Assembly: GCA_026399025.1 (NCBI GenBank) | Contig: JAPLRU010000090.1 | Coordinates: 46,881-110,880 of the forward strand | Direction: 5' to 3' | Length of the DNA: 64,000 nucleotides | From: Methylobacter sp. | Lineage (GTDB): Bacteria; Pseudomonadota; Gammaproteobacteria; Methylococcales; Methylomonadaceae | Shown: positions 58,748 through 64,000 of the stretch, in pieces | How the letters are laid out: each line of letters opens with the position of its first letter | How positions within the stretch are numbered: position 1 is the first letter of the stretch | Notes under the pieces: generated by a model | Told to the model about the DNA's origin: nothing | The model's input: the letters and a program-made list of their open reading frames with translations, nothing else | The model's database searches: none | Made by a program: the position numbers and the translations under genes

Positions 58748-58968
58748 TTTATCGAAAAATAAAAGCCGGACCGCTTATATTACGAACGCAGCCGAGAGTG
58801 TGAAAGAATTAGTCAAATCAGTTTAAAAGCCTGCATTTTCACTCCGCAAACGTGCCATTGCTTGGCGCTTCGGGAGCGGGCGCGGCCAGTCAGCAGACTA
58901 TCGGTGCTGTACGTGATGACACAAAGGCCGGCGGCTTGGGTGGCGGGATGGGTTGGTTAAGTAAGAAC

Positions 58969-58996
58969 GGTGCGGTTCGTTCCTCGCCGCATCTAC
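58969..58996. repeat. Copy of the GGTGCGGTTCGTTCCTC(A/G)CCGCA repeat family, abutting the csgG stop
   Basis: ggtgcggttcgttcctcgccgcatctac. Confidence 0.5.
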
Positions 58997-59919
58997 AGTC
59001 CTTCTACAGGCTTTAAATTAAGCACGCGGCCTTTGTCGTCGAAGTCGGCAATCATTTTAGAATCGCGCTGTTTTAAATAGTCTTCAATTTTAGATTTGAT
59101 CAGGGTTTGATCCTTAAAACTCCAGGTCTTATTAACCAAACCTTCCATAATCATGCCGTAAACACAGGCTTCTATGGCTTCCATGACCGCCATTTGCGGC
59201 GGTTCGTTACTGGTAATGCCGGCCTCGGCTTCCAGCAAGCGCATAAAAGAAACGAAGCGGTACAGCCCGGAATCCAATTGCATCGAAAAAATCGTTTTTC
59301 TGGCATCGACATGATTGATAACCGAGCCGTTTTTTACCGATACCGCTCTTAGCATACTGGTTACCGTGTCTCGCCTGAATTCCGTGGAGCCTCCCAGTCC
59401 GAAATAGCGCGCGCCCAAGCCGCCTGTTAATAAATTAGTCTCGTAGGCAATAATTCCACCTTCCAGCAACACCGGGGCATACAGCAGCGGCGGCAGATTG
59501 GGGCCGTGGGCTTCGCTTTTACTGTGGTCGTTGGCGTACATCTCACGGGTTTGCGCGATGATTTTGCGTTCGTTCATTAAATCGGTCAGTCCTTCTCTTT
59601 CCAGCACGGTAAACCATCTGCCGTTACCGGCTTCCATTAAAGCGCGAATCAGCATGGATGTTGCGCCTTGGGTGACCGCGGTGGAATATTGCACTTGCGC
59701 GTCGCTGCTTTTGTATTGGCCGGTCTGGTCGCGAAATTTATACACCGCAACCACAATCGGTTCTACCGGAGGCGGCAAGGAGCGGAGTAAGTCGGAAATG
59801 CCGGAGCGATAATCGGTGGTCGCCTTACCGGAGCTGATCGGCTGGAATACGCTGGAACAAGCACTTAGGGTCAACGCGGCCGCAACACCGCACAGCAATC
59901 TGCGAGAAAATTTAGTCAT
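58993..59919 (-). CDS. csgG: Curli production assembly/transport outer-membrane lipoprotein CsgG
   Basis: Lipobox ALTLSAC. VAVYKFRDQTGQYK, ATSMLIRALMEAG and GGLGARYFG blocks typical of CsgG. Follows csgE-csgF. Confidence 0.92.
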   Translation of the reverse strand: MTKFSRRLLCGVAAALTLSACSSVFQPISSGKATTDYRSGISDLLRSLPPPVEPIVVAVYKFRDQTGQYKSSDAQVQYSTAVTQGATSMLIRALMEAGNGRWFTVLEREGLTDLMNERKIIAQTREMYANDHSKSEAHGPNLPPLLYAPVLLEGGIIAYETNLLTGGLGARYFGLGGSTEFRRDTVTSMLRAVSVKNGSVINHVDARKTIFSMQLDSGLYRFVSFMRLLEAEAGITSNEPPQMAVMEAIEACVYGMIMEGLVNKTWSFKDQTLIKSKIEDYLKQRDSKMIADFDDKGRVLNLKPVEGL

Positions 59920-59984
59920 GGTGGTGTGATAGTGGTTAGGTTAGCGCGGCGCAATACGACATAACGCTATGCGGAAATTATTGT

Positions 59985-60446
59985 TTATGGCGTAGTGGTA
60001 ATCGGGACATAAGGAACGGTCAGCGTGGTATCGGTAATGCCGTCGGTAATGTTGATGGAGATATTGCCGTTGACCGGTTCGGAACTCACCTGCACGGAAA
60101 AAGTATTACTGCCGTCTCCGCTCAGGTCGAAATTAAGGGTAGAACCCAGTTTAATGTTACCGTTGCTATCGAATAGATTGAGTGTCGAAGAGCGTGACAC
60201 CTGGCTGAGAATGGCGCTTTGCAAGCTGCTTTTGAAACGGTCGATCGGGGTTTGTTGGGTAGCCGAAGTGCGGGCCGCGGCCGGATCTTTTTGCGTATTT
60301 TGAGCGTTAGCCTGATTTAGCAAAGTTGAGCCGTTCAATGGATTGCCGCCAAAGCTGGGGTTTTCAAAATGATGCACTAATTCAGTGGCCGTCGCCGGCG
60401 CGGAAAATAGGGCCAGTAATCCGAGATAAATCGATAATAGATGCAT
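59985..60446 (-). CDS. csgF: Curli assembly protein CsgF
   Basis: Signal peptide, then ELVHHFENPSFGGNPLNGSTLLNQANAQN, matching the conserved CsgF N-terminal motif (F.NP.FGGNP.NG..LL..A.AQN). Confidence 0.85.
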   Translation of the reverse strand: MHLLSIYLGLLALFSAPATATELVHHFENPSFGGNPLNGSTLLNQANAQNTQKDPAAARTSATQQTPIDRFKSSLQSAILSQVSRSSTLNLFDSNGNIKLGSTLNFDLSGDGSNTFSVQVSSEPVNGNISINITDGITDTTLTVPYVPITTTP

Positions 60447-60447
60447 G

Positions 60448-60813
60448 TTAATAAACCTCTAAACCGTGCAAAGCATCCTTGTTCCGCTGAATATATGATT
60501 CCAGTAAGGCGCGCGCCGCCTGGGCTTTTTCTTCGATACCGCTGGGACGGGTTCCCACACGATCCTGAAACACGATATCGTCGTTGATTTCTATCCAGAT
60601 AATGTTGCCCGCGAAAATATCGGGGCGTTCGTTTACGCTAATGGTGACGTTTGGGTCCGGCGGTTCCCAGCCGCTAATCAAGTCTTGATAAAACAAATGG
60701 CCGACGCGGGAGACGGTTTGATCGACGATCAGCCCGCCTATTTCAATATTCGGTTGGGCGCTTGCCGTTAACCACAGCGCCGGCAACAAAATACCAAGAC
60801 CATAGCGTTTCAC
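60448..60813 (-). CDS. csgE: Curli production assembly/transport protein CsgE
   Basis: Signal peptide, then EIGGLIVDQTVSRVGHLFYQDL, resembling the CsgE core. Positioned before csgF. Confidence 0.85.
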   Translation of the reverse strand: MKRYGLGILLPALWLTASAQPNIEIGGLIVDQTVSRVGHLFYQDLISGWEPPDPNVTISVNERPDIFAGNIIWIEINDDIVFQDRVGTRPSGIEEKAQAARALLESYIQRNKDALHGLEVY

Positions 60814-61172
60814 AACAGCTTGCCTTGGCGAATGACCACGCGGTTGCCGCCGCCGTTTTGCTTAACCGTCGCTTGATTATTGCCGCCCGATTGAGTCACT
60901 TCGTTGCTGTTGCAACGGCCGCGCTGGCTGATGTCCGCACGGTTGGCGCGGCCGAGTTGTCGGAGCGTCAGGGCATTGTCGCGGCCCGATTGTTCAATGA
61001 ATTTTTCATTGTAGGGATCGGCTTGGACGATAGTTTGTTGGTTACCGTTCGGGTCTTTCATGGTATTCGCCTCGGTTGCGGCAGAGCTTGCGCAGTTTTC
61101 TTGTTCCGCGGCGCCGCTGGCTAGCGTATGCAGGCACAGCAGCATCGCTAATAAAGTGTTGTCCGTTTTCAT
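60810..61172 (-). CDS. Short curlin-repeat protein (about 120 aa); possible CsgB-like nucleator or accessory curlin
   Basis: Signal peptide (MKTDNTLLAMLLCLHTLASGAA). About five 11-residue Q-x-G-x-x-N-x-x-x-x-x-Q-type units (IEQSGRDNALTLRQ LGRANRADISQ RGRCNSNEVTQ SGGNNQATVKQ NGGGNRVVIRQ). Its stop overlaps the csgE start. Confidence 0.6.
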   Translation of the reverse strand: MKTDNTLLAMLLCLHTLASGAAEQENCASSAATEANTMKDPNGNQQTIVQADPYNEKFIEQSGRDNALTLRQLGRANRADISQRGRCNSNEVTQSGGNNQATVKQNGGGNRVVIRQGKLL

Positions 61173-61527
61173 AGTGTTTTCCCTCATCAAAGTAAAGATA
61201 GGGTCTCCGCGAACTGCCCGCTTTACGGCAGAGTTAGAGCTGTTTGTAGGATAGAGAGTTCAGTTTTTTAATCAATAAGTGCCATTACTTATCGATTGAA
61301 ACCTCTATTAAGCTCAATATCTCACTAAAGCTCGGATATTTTTTAACTCCAAGACTTCTACGATGGTTAAGAGACCGATTCCGGCATAAAAGCCGGAATG
61401 ACGGTCGCTTGTTAGCGGAAATATTTTCGGATTAAAGGCAGAGTAGCGCCCGGCAATCCAGAAGGGCGGGCAGAGATAAATCCCTGCCTATCTTCTTCAT
61501 TGCCGGGAATAACGCCGTTTAGCCAAA

Positions 61528-62238
61528 TTAATTTTGGTTCACTGTAGCGACATTCAAAGCGCCGACCTGATCAACTTCGGAATTGTGTAAATTTCCTGTT
61601 TGAGTCACGGTTGCCGAATTATTAATCCCCAATTGATCAACATCTGAAATAGTGTTGTTACCGTTTTGGGCTACGAGGGCATAGTTCCAGTCGCCTGAAC
61701 CATCCCATCCGGCAAAATTACCGTGTTGAACGATTGTCGATTTGTTGTAATTACCGGTTTGAGCGACCGCGGCCGAATTGTTGTCGCCATTTTGACCGAT
61801 GGTCGACTCATTGGAATTACCGGTTTGAACGGCTACGGCGACATTGTCCGAGCCGCCTTCATTCGGACCTATCGGACCGTTATGCCCGGTATAAAGGCCA
61901 TTGCCGGTTTGGGGGGCAATAGTGGACTTATTGCTATCGCCTGTTTGCGTGCTGGCGGCGCTATTACCGCTGCCGTATTGATAGTGGGTGGCTTCATTGT
62001 CGCTACCGACTTGGCTTACGTCGGAATCGTTTTGCGCCAATCCTTGGCTGATTTGCTCTATCGTGGCCTTATTGCCGCTGCCGATTTGGTCTACGTCGGA
62101 TGCGTTCGTGCCTGTTTGGTTGATAGTCGCTTCATCCGATGCGCCGATTTGAGTTACAGTACTGGTGTTAGCGGCGAAAGCGCTGGAAGACATGATAATG
62201 CTGATGGCGATAGCCAAACTGGTTTTTTGAATGTTCAT
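61528..62238 (-). CDS. csgA: Curlin-repeat protein (CsgA-like major subunit candidate), 236 aa
   Basis: Signal peptide MNIQKTSLAIAISIIMSSSAFA. Many units of the S/N-x-A/V-x-V/I-x-Q-x-G-x-x-N type (ATINQTGTNASDVDQIGSGNKATIEQ...). Confidence 0.8.
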   Translation of the reverse strand: MNIQKTSLAIAISIIMSSSAFAANTSTVTQIGASDEATINQTGTNASDVDQIGSGNKATIEQISQGLAQNDSDVSQVGSDNEATHYQYGSGNSAASTQTGDSNKSTIAPQTGNGLYTGHNGPIGPNEGGSDNVAVAVQTGNSNESTIGQNGDNNSAAVAQTGNYNKSTIVQHGNFAGWDGSGDWNYALVAQNGNNTISDVDQLGINNSATVTQTGNLHNSEVDQVGALNVATVNQN

Positions 62239-62419
62239 AGGTCTGTACTCCAAATTAAGGTTTTTGAGTGTAAATTGAACGATGGAACCTAGGGTGCCTA
62301 ACGCTTTATTTACAGGTTAATGGGGCGTTATAGCCCAGGGCTCCTGCCGCCGTGTCCGTTATCGTGAGTTCCTTATTATGTTCCTTTTACCGCGTGCATC
62401 CTGCTGAGGCTTCCTTGCC

Positions 62420-63076
62420 TCAACTTCCATTTTGGGTAACACCGATACTGCTGTTGTTACCGTTAAGCTCCAAGCTGTAATTTAATGCGTTGCCGACTTG
62501 TAACGCGGTCACGCTGTTATGATTGCCGGCGATCTGAATGTTGGAAGTGTTGCTGTCGCCGTTTTGCGTCAGGTAAAGCCCGTTGTTGTTACCGTCAACC
62601 GCCATCGCCGCGCTGTTGTAGTCACCCTGTTGCGTTACCGCCACGTTGTTGCCGTTACCGTCCGCATTGACCAGCACATCTTGGCCCAAGCCGTTTTGCT
62701 CAATGCGGACTTGATTGTTGTCACCGTCCACATTAGCTAAAGCGGTGTTGTCGCTTTGCCATTGCTGAACGGTGATATCGTTCAGCTTGCCGAAGTCATT
62801 GATTTCAGCGGTGTGCCGACTCCCCGATTGATCGATTTCAGCGCTACCGTTAACGGCCGTTAAATCCTCATCAAGCTCGGTACGCGTTGCGACTTGACGA
62901 ATATGCGCGATATTGCCGTCACCCGATTGGCTGATTACGGCTTGGTAGGCATTGCCAACCTGTTCAATAGCAGCCGTATTGCCAAAATCCGCATCGGCGT
63001 AAGCGAGCGGTACCACCCAAAAAATGCCGGATAAAATCCGGGTCGCTCTGCTTTTTGTAAGAGGACTTTTAATCAT
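62420..63076 (-). CDS. Curlin-repeat protein (second CsgA/CsgB-like paralogue), 218 aa
   Basis: ATG at 63076 with a GGAGA RBS. Signal peptide. Repeats AAIEQVGNAYQAVISQSGDGNIAHIRQ ... NNVAVTQQGDYNSAAMAVDGNNNGLYLTQNGDSN. Confidence 0.8.
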   Translation of the reverse strand: MIKSPLTKSRATRILSGIFWVVPLAYADADFGNTAAIEQVGNAYQAVISQSGDGNIAHIRQVATRTELDEDLTAVNGSAEIDQSGSRHTAEINDFGKLNDITVQQWQSDNTALANVDGDNNQVRIEQNGLGQDVLVNADGNGNNVAVTQQGDYNSAAMAVDGNNNGLYLTQNGDSNTSNIQIAGNHNSVTALQVGNALNYSLELNGNNSSIGVTQNGS

Positions 63077-63544
63077 TACATCTCCATATAAGTGAGCGGT
63101 CTTTGTAAAAAAACGGGGCTTTAAGAATCCATGTATCACCCGTTTTTTTGTTCGGGTTGTCTGTAACGTTGGGTTATAGTCTAGCGATAATGTTATGTTG
63201 CAACAATGGCACAATAATGCATTTCCGGGGTTTATTTCGAACTTGGATTTTATTGCAAGTTATTGAAAATAAATTATAAAATAAAGATACTGAGGTTTTT
63301 TTGAGTTGCCATATTTAAAAATAGAAAATGCCCGGATTTTTTACTGCCGCAGCATCGATTTCTTTTACGGTTGGCTTGTCGTTTTTGCCGAATGAACGGA
63401 ATTTCAGGGATGGGTTTTGTTAGTCCGGTCAGTGCAAAACCGGACCGGAGAGGTGCGTCTTAAACGACTCAATCAGGAATCTACACGATAAATGCTGTGT
63501 TTCATTGGAAGGCTTTTTGTGCGGGCGTTTTATCGCCGCTTCCC

Positions 63545-63786
63545 AATTTTTAGAGTCTGTGAAAGTATTATCAAAATCAATTTAAAAACCTATTCACCAC
63601 GAAGACACGAAGTTCACGAAGAAAAATAATTGATTAAACTCAACGTATTAAAAACTTCGTGTCCTCGGCAACTGCTCCTGCGTTGCTCTACCTCCTGCAT
63701 CCGTACAGTCGTTCGTGTCTTCGTGGTGAAGGCTTTTGCTTTTGTTCTAAAACGAATACTTTCACAGTCTCTTTAGCTTGGGAATC
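63545..63786. mobile_element. Second MITE-like element: inverted copy of the 26984-27184 element with a ~48-bp internal insertion and degenerate ends
   Basis: agagtctgtgaaagtatt ... ttcaccacgaagacacgaagttcacgaag ... [tcggcaactgctcctgcgttgctctacctcctgcatccgtacagtcgt] ... tcgtgtcttcgtggtgaa ... aatactttcacagtctct. Collinear with the reverse complement of the 27-kb copy. Confidence 0.55.
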
Positions 63787-63876
63787 GGTCATAAAGTTTT
63801 GGGAGGCTTTACATGAGCTAGCCGGTATGGATAGAGCTAAGGCATGAGTATGAAATAAAGTGGGCAACTGTATGCA

Positions 63877-63926
63877 GCCGGAGTGCAAGCTTTGCTTGCG
63901 TTTGCAGGCCGAGCCCGCACTCCGGC
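63877..63926. repeat. Copy of the CCGGAGTGCAAGCTT(C/T)GCTTGC palindromic repeat
   Basis: gccggagtgcaagctttgcttgcgtttgcaggccgagcccgcactccggc. The outer arms ccggagtgc/gcactccgg pair. Confidence 0.5.
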
Positions 63927-64000
63927 CATGAGCAACTTGACTAAGTTATTCCATGCTCCTTTCTAAGGGGATATGAGAGTTCGGTTAAAGATAAATAACT

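Noticed and set aside
2840-63730. Recurrent TTCACCACGAAG... repeats considered as a possible CRISPR array or remnants
   Set aside because: The copies are tens of kb apart. Each is a self-complementary hairpin rather than a direct repeat with unique spacers. There is no regular repeat-spacer periodicity and no cas genes. They behave as REP/MITE-type elements.

Overview
64-kb chromosomal window from a gammaproteobacterium. The gene content (PQQ-dehydrogenase-associated ABC/beta-propeller cluster, bacteriohemerythrin-type sensor) and the dispersed REP/hairpin families suggest a Methylococcales-type methanotroph, but this is inference only.

Gene order:
- 3' end of narG, then narH-narJ-narI (respiratory nitrate reductase)
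- a radical SAM gene with unusual domain order
- an orphan motA/motB-like stator pair
- an NhaD-type antiporter and a Na/Pi cotransporter
- a MOSC protein
- a four-gene PQQ-associated SBP / YVTN propeller / ABC ATPase / ABC-2 permease cluster
- two unknown genes
- a tRNA-Gly(GCC)-tRNA-Cys(GCA) operon with a near-consensus promoter
- a DUF748/AsmA-like 983-aa protein
- uvrA
- the minor-pilin operon fimT-pilV-pilW-pilX-pilY1 ... pilE, interrupted by an 8-kb antisense gene for a ~2,700-aa DUF4347/RTX/Ig-like/FG-GAP adhesin
- ychJ and a lipoprotein gene
- a triple heptanucleotide microsatellite
- the conserved plsC-gmhB-glyS-glyQ cluster, in which glyS and glyQ are split by an AT-rich two-gene cassette (ABC-type ATPase plus a small TOPRIM-like protein)
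- a bacterioferritin-like gene
- a hemerythrin-PAS-GGDEF-EAL protein
- FUN14
- arsR-arsC-acr3
- a PD-(D/E)XK-like protein with a 21-bp tandem repeat
- an HD-GYP protein
- a csgD-less curli locus (two large curlin genes, a short curlin-like gene, csgE, csgF, csgG)

No CRISPR array, rRNA, integrase or transposase was seen.

Best candidate for a new or unusual system: the ATPase/TOPRIM-like pair embedded in the glyQS operon.

Secondary leads:
- an MshEN-like c-di-GMP motif in the NhaD loop
- the permuted SPASM/radical-SAM protein
- the heptamer microsatellites
- the adhesin insertion in the pilus operon
- nested MITE-like hairpin elements, including ones inside operons
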